Source of the DNA: Burkholderiales bacterium
Lineage (GTDB): Bacteria; Pseudomonadota; Gammaproteobacteria; Burkholderiales; SG8-39
Assembly: GCA_035624675.1 (NCBI GenBank)
Contig: DASPRB010000232.1
Coordinates: 1-55,811 of the forward strand
Length of the DNA stretch: 55,811 nucleotides
Reading direction: 5' to 3'
Part shown: piece after piece, positions 41,223 to 55,811 of the stretch
Layout: each line of letters begins with the position of its first letter
Numbering within the stretch: the stretch's first letter is position 1
Translations under genes and position numbers: made by a program
Notes under the pieces: generated by a model
The model's input: the letters and a program-made list of their open reading frames with translations, nothing else
Databases searched by the model: none
Told to the model about the DNA's origin: nothing

Positions 41223-41746
41223 AGAAGATCATCGTATTGGCAAGTGCGGTCCTGCTCACGGCGTGCGGATCGGACGAGCACAGCGATCTCAAGCAGGAGC
41301 TAAACGCGCTGACCAAGGACCTGCGCGGACACGTGGCTCCCTTGCCCCAGGTGAAGCCGTATGAACCGGTCCCGTACACGGCAGAGGCGCTGGTAGACCC
41401 CTTCTTGCCCGACCGGATCATCGTCGCGCAGCCCGGGCGGGCGACCGGCGGCAAAGGCAAGCTTGCGCCCGACCCCAACCGTCCCAAGGAGCCGCTCGAG
41501 GCATTTCCGCTCGAATCGATCCACATGGTCGGCACGATAACGGAACGCAAGCAGACATTCGGCCTGGTGACCGCGGGGCAAAACCTTTATCGCGTCAGCA
41601 AGGGTAACTACATGGGCCAGAACTTCGGCGTGATTACGTCGATCACAGACGGCCAGATCGACCTCAAGGAACTGGTCCAGGATAGTAGCGGCGAATGGGT
41701 GGAACGCGCCAGCGCGCTGCAATTGCAGGAGGTAAGCAAACGATGA
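41219..41746 (+). CDS. pilP: Type IV pilus assembly lipoprotein PilP.
   Basis: Lipobox LLTACGS and the C-terminal beta-domain block GNYMGQNFGVITSITDGQIDLKELV. Confidence 0.9.
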   Translation: MKKIIVLASAVLLTACGSDEHSDLKQELNALTKDLRGHVAPLPQVKPYEPVPYTAEALVDPFLPDRIIVAQPGRATGGKGKLAPDPNRPKEPLEAFPLESIHMVGTITERKQTFGLVTAGQNLYRVSKGNYMGQNFGVITSITDGQIDLKELVQDSSGEWVERASALQLQEVSKR

Positions 41747-43830
41747 AAACACTAACCGCTTTCTTTGCGCTCTTGCTGTGGCTCGCCGGTACGGGCATTG
41801 CCCTAGCCCAGGCAAACAGCATCGAAGCCTTCGATGTTACGCAGCAAGGCGGAAAGGTGGTTGTGCGCGTCACGACCAAGGAGCCGCTCAACAGCGTTCC
41901 GCCGAATTTCGCGATCACGGCCCCGGCGCGCATCGCTTTTGACTTCGCCAATACGGTGAACGCTCTCGGTCGCACCACCCAAGATATCGGCCAAGGCGAT
42001 CTGCGCAGCATGAATCTGGTACAGGGCGCGGGTCGCACCCGGCTAGTGCTCAACCTCGCTCGCCCAGTGCCGCACGAGGCGACCCTAGACGGACGGAACC
42101 TGCTTATCACCCTGTCTGAGCCAGCGTCAACGGCAGCTGGGCCCGTGTCGCATTTCGCCGAAGGAAAGGCCGACGCGACACATACGGTGCGCGGCATTGA
42201 CTTCCGGCGCGGTAGCGGCGGCGAAGGCCGCGTCGTGATCGACCTCTCCGATCCGTCAACCGGTATCGATATCAGGCAGCAAGGACAGAACATCGTCGTC
42301 GACTTCCTGAAGACTGCACTCCCGGAGAATTTGCGGCGGCGGCTCGACGTAGTGGATTTCGGCACACCGGTGCAGCTGGTGAGCGCGTTCCAGCAGGGGG
42401 ACAACACGCGCGTCGTGATCGAACCGAAGGGTCAGTGGGAGCACAACGCGTATCAGTCGGATAACCAGTTCGTTGTCGAGGTCAAGCCCGCGTCAGCTGA
42501 AAAGGGGCCGTTCGCGCAGGCCGGCAAGTTCACCGGCGAGAAGCTCTCGCTCAATTTTCAGAACGTGGAAGTGCGGGCTGTGCTCAATGTTATTGCCGAC
42601 TTCACCGATCTGAACATCATCGCCAGCGACACGGTGACCGGCAACATCACTCTGCGACTGAAGGATGTTCCTTGGGATCAGGCCCTGGACATCATTCTCA
42701 AGACGCGCGGGCTCGATATGCGCAGGAACGGCAACGTAATCTGGATTGCTCCGCGCGACGAGCTTGCGACGCGTGAAAAGCTGGCGCTCGAGGCGCAGCA
42801 GCAGATCAACGATCTCGAGCAGACGCGCACCGAATCCTTCCAGCTGAACTACCAGAAGGCGGCTGACGTGCAGAAGCTGCTATCCGACCCGCAGCAGCGC
42901 ATGCTGTCCAAGCGCGGCAGCGCGGTGGTCGATGCGCGCACCAACACGCTGTTCGTGCAGGATACTCCGAGCCGGCTCGAGGAAGTTCGCAAGCTGGTTG
43001 CGAAGATCGACATCCCCGTGCGCCAGGTCATGATTGAGGCGCGCATCGTGGAGGCGAACGACACCTTCAGCAGAAACCTCGGCGTGCGGCTCGGTTATCA
43101 CGACATGGGAAGCCCGCCAGGGACCGGCGTGTTTGGCAGTAATCAGACCCGCTTTAGCGCCGGCGGCGGCCTGGCCGATACCGGCTTCCATACCGGACAG
43201 AGCGCCACTACGCCCGATTTCCTGAACGACTCAACGAGCGTGAACCTCCCCGCCGCCGGCCTGAACGGTTTCAGCGCGGGCCAGTTCTCGTTCATCCTGT
43301 TCAACAGCGCGATGACGCAGTTCCTCAACCTCGAAATCAACGCGTTGGAGGCGGACGGTAAGGGCAAGATCATCTCCAGCCCGCGCGTGCTGACCGCAGA
43401 CCAGGTCGAGGCTGTGATCGAGCAGGGCACGGAGATCCCCTACCAACAGGCGACGTCGTCCGGCGCTACGAGCGTGTCATTCCGCAAGGCCAACCTGTCG
43501 CTCAAGGTGAAGCCGCAGATCACACCCGACGGCAATATCATCATGACGCTCGACGTGAACAAGGACCAGCCCGGTACGACCACGCCGGCAGGCGTGCAAA
43601 TCAACACCAAGCACGTGAAGACCGAGGTCTTGGTCGAGAACGGCGGTACGGTGGTGATCGGAGGTATCTACGAGCAGAGCGACCGCACGGACATTACTCA
43701 GGTACCGCTGCTTGGCGACCTGCCGGTCGTGGGCTACCTCTTCAGAAACAAGCAGACCTCCACGAGCAAGACGGAACTGCTCGTGTTCATCACACCGAAG
43801 ATCGTGAACGACCGCCTGACCGCGCGCTGA
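41743..43830 (+). CDS. pilQ: Type IV pilus secretin PilQ.
   Basis: Signal peptide MKTLTAFFALLLWLAGTGIALA, AMIN-like repeats, and a secretin C-domain (VPLLGDLPVVGYLF..ELLVFITPKIV). The ATG at 41743 overlaps the pilP stop. Confidence 0.93.
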   Translation: MKTLTAFFALLLWLAGTGIALAQANSIEAFDVTQQGGKVVVRVTTKEPLNSVPPNFAITAPARIAFDFANTVNALGRTTQDIGQGDLRSMNLVQGAGRTRLVLNLARPVPHEATLDGRNLLITLSEPASTAAGPVSHFAEGKADATHTVRGIDFRRGSGGEGRVVIDLSDPSTGIDIRQQGQNIVVDFLKTALPENLRRRLDVVDFGTPVQLVSAFQQGDNTRVVIEPKGQWEHNAYQSDNQFVVEVKPASAEKGPFAQAGKFTGEKLSLNFQNVEVRAVLNVIADFTDLNIIASDTVTGNITLRLKDVPWDQALDIILKTRGLDMRRNGNVIWIAPRDELATREKLALEAQQQINDLEQTRTESFQLNYQKAADVQKLLSDPQQRMLSKRGSAVVDARTNTLFVQDTPSRLEEVRKLVAKIDIPVRQVMIEARIVEANDTFSRNLGVRLGYHDMGSPPGTGVFGSNQTRFSAGGGLADTGFHTGQSATTPDFLNDSTSVNLPAAGLNGFSAGQFSFILFNSAMTQFLNLEINALEADGKGKIISSPRVLTADQVEAVIEQGTEIPYQQATSSGATSVSFRKANLSLKVKPQITPDGNIIMTLDVNKDQPGTTTPAGVQINTKHVKTEVLVENGGTVVIGGIYEQSDRTDITQVPLLGDLPVVGYLFRNKQTSTSKTELLVFITPKIVNDRLTAR

Positions 43831-43854
43831 GTTGCCCCTTCTCCTCTGCAGGCT

Positions 43855-43884
43855 GCGGCCGGGTTCGCTCGGCCGTTTTCTTTT
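43855..43884 (+). terminator. Rho-independent terminator/attenuator after pilQ.
   Basis: CGGCCGGG-TTCG-CTCGGCCG stem of 8 bp including one G-U pair, followed by TTTTCTTTT. Confidence 0.75.
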
Positions 43885-43914
43885 GTGCATCTTGCGCACC
43901 GCTACAATAGGCGG

Positions 43915-44448
43915 GTGAAAGGTGGCGGAAACATCTACCTCGTGGGGATGATGGGGGCGGGCAAGACGACCGTCGGGAAGTTGCTCGCCCGCCGCCTCAA
44001 GCGTCGCTTTATCGATGCCGATCACGAAATCGAGCGCCGCTGCGGTGTGCGCATCCCGGTGATCTTCGACATCGAGGGCGAGGCCGGATTCCGAAGCCGC
44101 GAAGCGCAGGTCATCGCGGAGCTCAGCGAGCTTGATGGGGTAGTGCTGGCGACCGGAGGGGGGGCAGTCCTGGCGCCGGAGAACCGGCGCCTGCTCGCGT
44201 CGCGTGGCACGGTGGTGTACTTGCGGGCCACGCCAGCGGACCTCTACCAGCGCGTGCGCCACGACAAGAACCGGCCGCTTCTCGCGACGGCCGACCCCAT
44301 GGCGCGACTGCAGGAGCTCTACAAGCAGCGGGATCCGCTGTATCTGGAGGTCGCCGACCTCGTCGTCGAGACTGGACGGCAAAATGTCCAGACGCTGGCA
44401 CGCGAATTGGTCGCCAAGCTCGAGGAGCGATGGAAAATATCCGTGTAG
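43915..44448 (+). CDS. aroK: Shikimate kinase.
   Basis: Walker [13 protein letters not shown]. The GTG at 43915 is preferred. The GTG at 43885 would begin inside the terminator T-run. Confidence 0.88.
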   Translation: MKGGGNIYLVGMMGAGKTTVGKLLARRLKRRFIDADHEIERRCGVRIPVIFDIEGEAGFRSREAQVIAELSELDGVVLATGGGAVLAPENRRLLASRGTVVYLRATPADLYQRVRHDKNRPLLATADPMARLQELYKQRDPLYLEVADLVVETGRQNVQTLARELVAKLEERWKISV

Positions 44449-45530
44449 ATCTTGGCGCGCGCGCCTACTCGATACATATCGGCAGAGGTATCCTCGACGA
44501 CAAGTCGCTTTATGCCCCGCATGTGGGCAACGGCGCGGCTGCAATTATCACGAACACAGTCGTGGCGCCGCTCTATCTCGAGCGAGTTCGGAACGCGCTC
44601 GCCGCGTCGGGCGCGCGCACGCTCGATATCGTGGTGGACGACGGCGAGAGGGCCAAGGAATGGCACACGCTCGACCGCGTGTTCGACGCGTTGCTTCAGG
44701 CGCGCTGTGACCGACAGACGCTCATCGTCGCGTTGGGCGGAGGCGTCATCGGCGATCTGGCCGGCTTTGCCGCGGCGGTTTATCAGCGCGGCGTTTCATT
44801 CATCCAGGTACCGACCACGCTGCTCGCGCAGGTCGATTCTTCGGTTGGCGGCAAGACCGCGATCAACCATCCGCGCGGCAAGAACATGATCGGCGCCTTC
44901 CATCAGCCGCGCGCCGTGATCACGGACGTGGCGACGCTCGATACGCTACCGGAGCGGGAGTTGCGCGCCGGCCTCGCCGAGGTCATCAAGCATGGACTCG
45001 CGCTCGACGCGACCTTCACGCAATGGCTCGAGGGAAACATGCAGCGGCTGCTAGCCCGGGATCCTGCGGCGCTCACCTACGCGATCCGGCGCTCTTGCGA
45101 GCTCAAGGCGCAGATCGTCGCATTGGACGAACGCGAAAGCGGCCGACGGGCGCTGCTGAATTTCGGCCACACCTTCGGCCACGCGATCGAGACCGGGCTC
45201 GGTTACGGGACGTGGCTGCATGGCGAGGCGGTGGCTGCCGGGATGGTGATGGCCACGGAGCTCTCGGCACGCTGCGGCTTGGTCGGAACCGAGGTGCCGA
45301 GCCGCGTCCGTACGCTGATCGGGCGCGCGGGCCTTCCGGTAGAGGGGCCGGCCATGCCGGCGGACCGCTATCTGGAGTTGATGTCGGTGGACAAGAAGGC
45401 AGCGCAGGGCAGGACGCGTTTCGTCCTCCTCGAGGCGATAGGGCAAAGCACTCTGCGAACCGAGACAGACGAGCGGACAGTACGCGACGCGATCCGTGCC
45501 TGTACACGCTCGAGCGCGAACGCGCGCTGA
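44430..45530 (+). CDS. aroB: 3-dehydroquinate synthase.
   Basis: [27 protein letters not shown] and HGEAVA motifs. It overlaps aroK by 19 nt. Confidence 0.93.
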   Translation: MENIRVDLGARAYSIHIGRGILDDKSLYAPHVGNGAAAIITNTVVAPLYLERVRNALAASGARTLDIVVDDGERAKEWHTLDRVFDALLQARCDRQTLIVALGGGVIGDLAGFAAAVYQRGVSFIQVPTTLLAQVDSSVGGKTAINHPRGKNMIGAFHQPRAVITDVATLDTLPERELRAGLAEVIKHGLALDATFTQWLEGNMQRLLARDPAALTYAIRRSCELKAQIVALDERESGRRALLNFGHTFGHAIETGLGYGTWLHGEAVAAGMVMATELSARCGLVGTEVPSRVRTLIGRAGLPVEGPAMPADRYLELMSVDKKAAQGRTRFVLLEAIGQSTLRTETDERTVRDAIRACTRSSANAR

Positions 45531-45653
45531 GCCGCCGGACACCGGCAAGCCCTTGTAGCCCAGGATGTAAGCCGGTATATTTCCCGGTTCGCCCGCTGTT
45601 TTTGTGCAGAGCGGCGAACTGAAAGCTAGTTATTTGATATCAGGGGCTTAGCC

Positions 45654-51773
<6,120 letters not shown>

Positions 51774-51853
51774 GCGCGATTCCCCTCCTTCGCCGACGCG
51801 GTCGACGACGAAGCGCGGTCTTCGACGGCGAGTAACGTCTATTTTCGACATAC

Positions 51854-51886
51854 GAAGCCACGGACCGCGAGGTTCGTGGCTTTTTT
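51854..51886 (+). terminator. Rho-independent terminator after gltD.
   Basis: GCCACGGACC-GCGA-GGTTCGTGGC stem of 10 bp including one G-U pair, followed by TTTTTTG. Confidence 0.85.
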
Positions 51887-51904
51887 GTCTTGCGGAGGAA
51901 TTCC

Positions 51905-53059
51905 ATGCAGGCAGCCGATTCACTGATGTTCATCACGCAGCGTCCCGAGCTGAGCTTCGTGCGCGGCGAGGGGTCCTGGCTCTACGACGCGCAGGGCCGC
52001 GCCTATCTCGACTTCGTGCAGGGCTGGGCGGTCAATGCCCTGGGCCACTCGCCCGCGCTGGTGCGCGAGGCACTCGCGGCACAGGCCGCGCAGCTCATCA
52101 ATGTGAGCCCGGCCTATTACAACGAGCCGATGCGGCGCTTCGCCGCGCGCCTGGCAGCATTGAGCGGCCTGGAGCGCGTGTTCTTTGCCAATAGCGGAGC
52201 GGAGGCGAACGAAGGAGCGATCAAGCTCGCGCGCAAATGGGGCGCGCGCGAGCGCGGCGGTGCGCACGAGATCGTCGTGTTCGAGGATGCGTTCCACGGC
52301 CGCACGCTCGCTACCATGTCGGCCTCGGGCAAGGCCGGGTGGGAGAGGCTGTTCGAGCCGAAGGTCCCCGGTTTCGTGCGCGTGCCGAGGAACGACCTCG
52401 CGGCAGTGCGGCGCGCGGTCGGGCCGCGCACCTGCGCGGTGCTGCTGGAGCCCATCCAGGGGGAAGCCGGGGTAGTTCCGTTTTCGGCCGAATTCATGGA
52501 CGGGCTGCGCGAGCTGACGCGCGAGCTCGGCGTGCTCCTGGTACTGGACGAAATCCAGACCGGCATCGGCCGCACCGGCCGCATGTTCTGCTACGAGCAC
52601 TTCGGCATCCAGCCCGACATCCTGACGCTCGGCAAAGGCATCGGCGGGGGCGTGCCGCTCGCCGCGCTGCTCGCCTCGGAGCGCGCGAGCGTGTTCGAGG
52701 CTGGCGAGCAGGGCGGCACGTTCAACGGCAATCCGCTGATGACGGCGGTCGGCGACGCGGTGGTCGCCGAGGTAGCGCGGCCGGAATTCCTCGCGCAGGT
52801 GGCCGAAAACGGAACCTACCTCGCCGAGCGGCTGCGCGCGCTTTCGGCCGAGCTTGGCCTGGGAGAAGTGCGCGGGCGCGGCCTGCTGCTCGCCCTCGAG
52901 CTCGGGCGACCGAGCGGCGCAGACGTGGTGCGGCGCACGCTCGAGGCGGGGCTGCTCATCAATTCGCCGCGCGCGGCGTGCCTGCGCTTCATGCCCGCGC
53001 TGAACGTGACGCGAACCGAGATCGAGGAGATGCTTGCGCGGCTACGGTCCGCCCTTTAG
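51905..53059 (+). CDS. argD: Acetylornithine (class III) aminotransferase.
   Basis: [29 protein letters not shown], and the PLP-lysine region [18 protein letters not shown] Shine-Dalgarno before the ATG at 51905. Confidence 0.85.
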   Translation: MQAADSLMFITQRPELSFVRGEGSWLYDAQGRAYLDFVQGWAVNALGHSPALVREALAAQAAQLINVSPAYYNEPMRRFAARLAALSGLERVFFANSGAEANEGAIKLARKWGARERGGAHEIVVFEDAFHGRTLATMSASGKAGWERLFEPKVPGFVRVPRNDLAAVRRAVGPRTCAVLLEPIQGEAGVVPFSAEFMDGLRELTRELGVLLVLDEIQTGIGRTGRMFCYEHFGIQPDILTLGKGIGGGVPLAALLASERASVFEAGEQGGTFNGNPLMTAVGDAVVAEVARPEFLAQVAENGTYLAERLRALSAELGLGEVRGRGLLLALELGRPSGADVVRRTLEAGLLINSPRAACLRFMPALNVTRTEIEEMLARLRSAL

Positions 53060-53071
53060 CATTTTGCACTC

Positions 53072-54433
53072 ATGCCTCTCCACGTCATCGTGCTTGCCGC
53101 GGGCCAGGGCAAGCGCATGCACTCCTCGCTGCCGAAGGTCCTCCATCCGCTTGCCGGCCGGCCGTTGCTCGCGCACGTCCTCGACACGGCCCGCACGCTC
53201 GGCGCGCAGGAGATCGTCGTGGTGCACGGCCATGGCGGCGACGCGGTGCGCGCAGGCTTCCCGGGCGCGGATTTGCGCTGGGTCGAGCAATCCACTCAAC
53301 TTGGCACCGGGCACGCCGTCGCCCGGGCCCTGCCAGGCGTGCCGGTCGACGCGCAGGTTGTGGTGTTGAACGGCGACGTGCCGCTCGTACCCCGCGAGAT
53401 GCTCGCACGGCTGCTGGACGCCGCGCGCGGCGGCCTGGCGATCGCGACCTGCGACCTGGGCGATGCCTCCGGCTACGGCAGAGTGGTGCGCGACGCCTCG
53501 GGCAAGGTGCGGCGCATCGTCGAGCACAGGGATGCATCGCCGCAGGAGCTGGCGATTTCGGAGTGGTACGCCGGGTTTCTCGCCGCGCCGGCGCGCGTGC
53601 TCGCGCGCTGGGTCGAAGGCCTGACGAGCGACAATGCGCAAGAGGAGTACTACCTGACCGACGTCGTCGGGCTCGCTGTTGCCGATGGCGTCGAAGTGCA
53701 GGCGGTCAAGGCGCGCGACCGCTGGGACGTAGCGGGGGTCAACTCCAAGCGCGAGCTCGCCGCGCTGGAGCGCGAGCTGCAGCGGCGCGCGGCCGAGCGG
53801 CTGCTCGAGGCCGGCGTCACGCTGGCCGATCCGGCGCGCATCGACGTGCGCGGCTCGCTGGAATGCGGGCGCGATGTATCGATAGACCTGAACTGCGTAT
53901 TCGAAGGCAGCGTCCGGATCGGCGACGGCGTGCGCATCGGTCCGAACTGCGTGCTGCGCGACGTGACGATCGCCGACGGAACGGAAATCCTGGGCTTCTC
54001 CTTTCTTCAGGAGGCGGAAGTCGGAGCGCGCTGCCGCATCGGCCCGTTCGCGCGCCTGCGCCCCGGCGCGAGCCTCGCGCAGGACGTGCACATCGGCAAC
54101 TTCGTCGAGGTCAAGGCAAGCCGCATCGGCGCGGGCTCCAAGGCGAATCACCTTTCCTACATCGGCGATTCGCAGGTCGGTGCACGCGTGAACGTCGGCG
54201 CCGGCACGATCACCTGCAACTACGACGGCGCGAGCAAGCAGCGCACGGTGATCGAGGACGACTGCTTCATCGGCTCGGACGCGACGCTGGTTGCGCCCGT
54301 GACGATCGCCAGGGGGTCGTATATCGGAGCGGGGTCGACCATCAGCAAGGACACCCCGCCCGACCAGCTCACGGTGGCGCGCGCCCGGCAGGTTTCGCTG
54401 CCGGGTTGGAAGCCGCCGCGCAAGAAGGGCTGA
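53072..54433 (+). CDS. glmU: Bifunctional UDP-N-acetylglucosamine diphosphorylase / glucosamine-1-phosphate N-acetyltransferase.
   Basis: LAAGQGKRM N-terminal motif and a C-terminal left-handed beta-helix with hexapeptide repeats. 453 aa. Confidence 0.95.
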   Translation: MPLHVIVLAAGQGKRMHSSLPKVLHPLAGRPLLAHVLDTARTLGAQEIVVVHGHGGDAVRAGFPGADLRWVEQSTQLGTGHAVARALPGVPVDAQVVVLNGDVPLVPREMLARLLDAARGGLAIATCDLGDASGYGRVVRDASGKVRRIVEHRDASPQELAISEWYAGFLAAPARVLARWVEGLTSDNAQEEYYLTDVVGLAVADGVEVQAVKARDRWDVAGVNSKRELAALERELQRRAAERLLEAGVTLADPARIDVRGSLECGRDVSIDLNCVFEGSVRIGDGVRIGPNCVLRDVTIADGTEILGFSFLQEAEVGARCRIGPFARLRPGASLAQDVHIGNFVEVKASRIGAGSKANHLSYIGDSQVGARVNVGAGTITCNYDGASKQRTVIEDDCFIGSDATLVAPVTIARGSYIGAGSTISKDTPPDQLTVARARQVSLPGWKPPRKKG

Positions 54434-54437
54434 AGCG

Positions 54438-55811
54438 ATGTGCGGCATCGTGGGTGCGGCTTCGCACCGCGACATCGTCCCGGTCTTATTAGAAGGCCTG
54501 CGGCGGCTCGAGTACCGCGGCTACGACTCTGCGGGGGTCGCCGTGCTGAACGGCGCGGACGTTCCGCGGCTTGCGCGCGTACGCACTGCCGGTCGGGTGG
54601 CCGAGCTTGCGGAGCGGGTCGGTGCGCAGCGTCTCGGCAGCCCAACGGGCATTGCGCACACGCGCTGGGCGACGCACGGCGCGCCGAGCGAGAAGAACGC
54701 TCATCCGCACGTGTCGGGCGGCCTGGCCGTCGTGCACAACGGCATCATCGAGAACCACGAGCCGATTCGCGATCGGCTGCGCGCCGCGGGCTTCGTCTTC
54801 GCCTCCGACACCGACAGCGAGGTCATCGCGCACCTCATCGCCGACTGCCGGCGGCGCGAGCCGAACCTGCTCGCCGCGACCAGCCGCGCGGTCGCAGAGC
54901 TGAAGGGCGCGTTCGCGATCGCCGTCGTATCCGACAGCGATCCCGGCACGGTCGTGGTGGCGCGCAAAGGCGCGCCGCTGCTGCTCGGCCTGGGCGAGGG
55001 CGAGAACTTCGCGGCGTCCGACGTTTCGGCGCTAGTGCAGGTGACGCAGCGCGTGATGTACCTCGAGGACGGGGATTGCGCCCAGTTGCGGCCGGACGGC
55101 GTGCGCATCCTCGATGCCGCGGCCCGACCCGTCGAGCGCCCGGTGCATCGCTCCGAGCTCACCGCACAAGCGGTCGACCTCGGCCCGTACCGCCACTACA
55201 TGCAGAAGGAGATCTTCGAGCAGCCCGGGGCGCTCGCCAACACGCTCGAGATGGTGACCGGAGCGGGCTCGGTGCAGCCCGGCCTGTTCGGCGTGGAGGC
55301 CGAGGCGCTGCTCTCCGGCGTCTCGTCGGTGCAGCTGGTCGCCTGCGGCACGAGTTATCACGCCGGCATGGTGGCGCGCTACTGGATCGAGGCGCTGGCG
55401 CGCCTCCCGGTGCAGGTGGATATCGCGAGCGAATACCGCTACCGCGACGTCGTGGCGGATGCCAATGCCCTGTTCGTCACTATTTCCCAGTCCGGCGAGA
55501 CCGCCGACACGATGGGCGCGTTGGAGCACGCACGCTCGCTCGGCGTCGCGCGCACCCTGTCGATCTGCAACGTTCCGGAGAGCTCGCTGGTGCGCGCCTC
55601 GCGGCTGCGCTTTCTGACGCGCGCCGGGCCGGAGATCGGCGTCGCCTCGACCAAGGCCTTCACCACGCAACTCGGCGCGCTGTTCCTGCTCGCGCTGGTG
55701 CTCGCCAAGCAGCGGCGCATGCTTGCGCCCGCTGCCGAACAGTCGCTGTTGCACGCCTTGCGCCACGCGCCGGCGGCGCTCGGCCACGTGCTCGCAGTGG
55801 AGCCGCAGGTC
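54438..55811 (+). CDS. glmS: Glutamine-fructose-6-phosphate aminotransferase, 5' 458 codons; continues beyond the window end.
   Basis: Hand translation from the ATG at 54438 gives MCGIVGAASHRDIVPVLLEGLRRLEYRGYDSAGVAV, with the catalytic N-terminal Cys. It follows glmU. It is not in the ORF track because it is open-ended. Confidence 0.93.
   Translation, partial: MCGIVGAASHRDIVPVLLEGLRRLEYRGYDSAGVAVLNGADVPRLARVRTAGRVAELAERVGAQRLGSPTGIAHTRWATHGAPSEKNAHPHVSGGLAVVHNGIIENHEPIRDRLRAAGFVFASDTDSEVIAHLIADCRRREPNLLAATSRAVAELKGAFAIAVVSDSDPGTVVVARKGAPLLLGLGEGENFAASDVSALVQVTQRVMYLEDGDCAQLRPDGVRILDAAARPVERPVHRSELTAQAVDLGPYRHYMQKEIFEQPGALANTLEMVTGAGSVQPGLFGVEAEALLSGVSSVQLVACGTSYHAGMVARYWIEALARLPVQVDIASEYRYRDVVADANALFVTISQSGETADTMGALEHARSLGVARTLSICNVPESSLVRASRLRFLTRAGPEIGVASTKAFTTQLGALFLLALVLAKQRRMLAPAAEQSLLHALRHAPAALGHVLAVEPQV

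Overview
High-G+C (about 65-70 % by eye), densely packed chromosomal segment with proteobacterial core-genome synteny. The blocks pilMNOPQ-aroKB-gltBD, cyaY-lptM-lysA, mrcA, engB/cytochrome c4 and glmUS suggest a beta- or gammaproteobacterium; this is inference and was not searched. I support 47 protein-coding genes, two of them truncated by the window edges: a class V aminotransferase at the 5' end and glmS at the 3' end. I also found four clear Rho-independent terminators and a few palindromes and hairpins in the short intergenic spacers. By eye there are no rRNA or tRNA genes, CRISPR arrays, transposases, integrases or long repeats. Most of the window is ordinary housekeeping: ilvD, lgt, liv ABC transporter, hemB, dsbD/cutA, lysA, PBP1A, type IV pilus assembly, shikimate genes, glutamate synthase, argD, glmU and glmS. 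Nothing here is an unmistakable novel multi-gene system. The four most unusual arrangements are listed below. (1) An MFP-RND efflux operon has as its tightly coupled third gene a cytoplasmic NYN + OST-HTH/LOTUS protein rather than an outer-membrane factor. (2) A co-directional cluster reads COG4315-type lipoprotein, ECF sigma, cysteine-free anti-sigma, msrPQ, with an ECF-like promoter candidate in front of msrP. (3) A GntR(FCD) regulator is translationally coupled to a 943-aa fused GlcD/GlcF-like flavo-iron-sulfur oxidase. It is divergent from a glyoxylate-type aminotransferase, and the shared spacer holds two palindromic operator candidates. (4) Four stem-loops run across the engB 3' end and hemB leader, the last being a plus-strand terminator with no plus-strand gene to terminate. 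The many long ORFs antisense to recognised genes are treated as high-G+C artefacts. All functional calls rest on motif and family recognition by eye, since no database search could be run.
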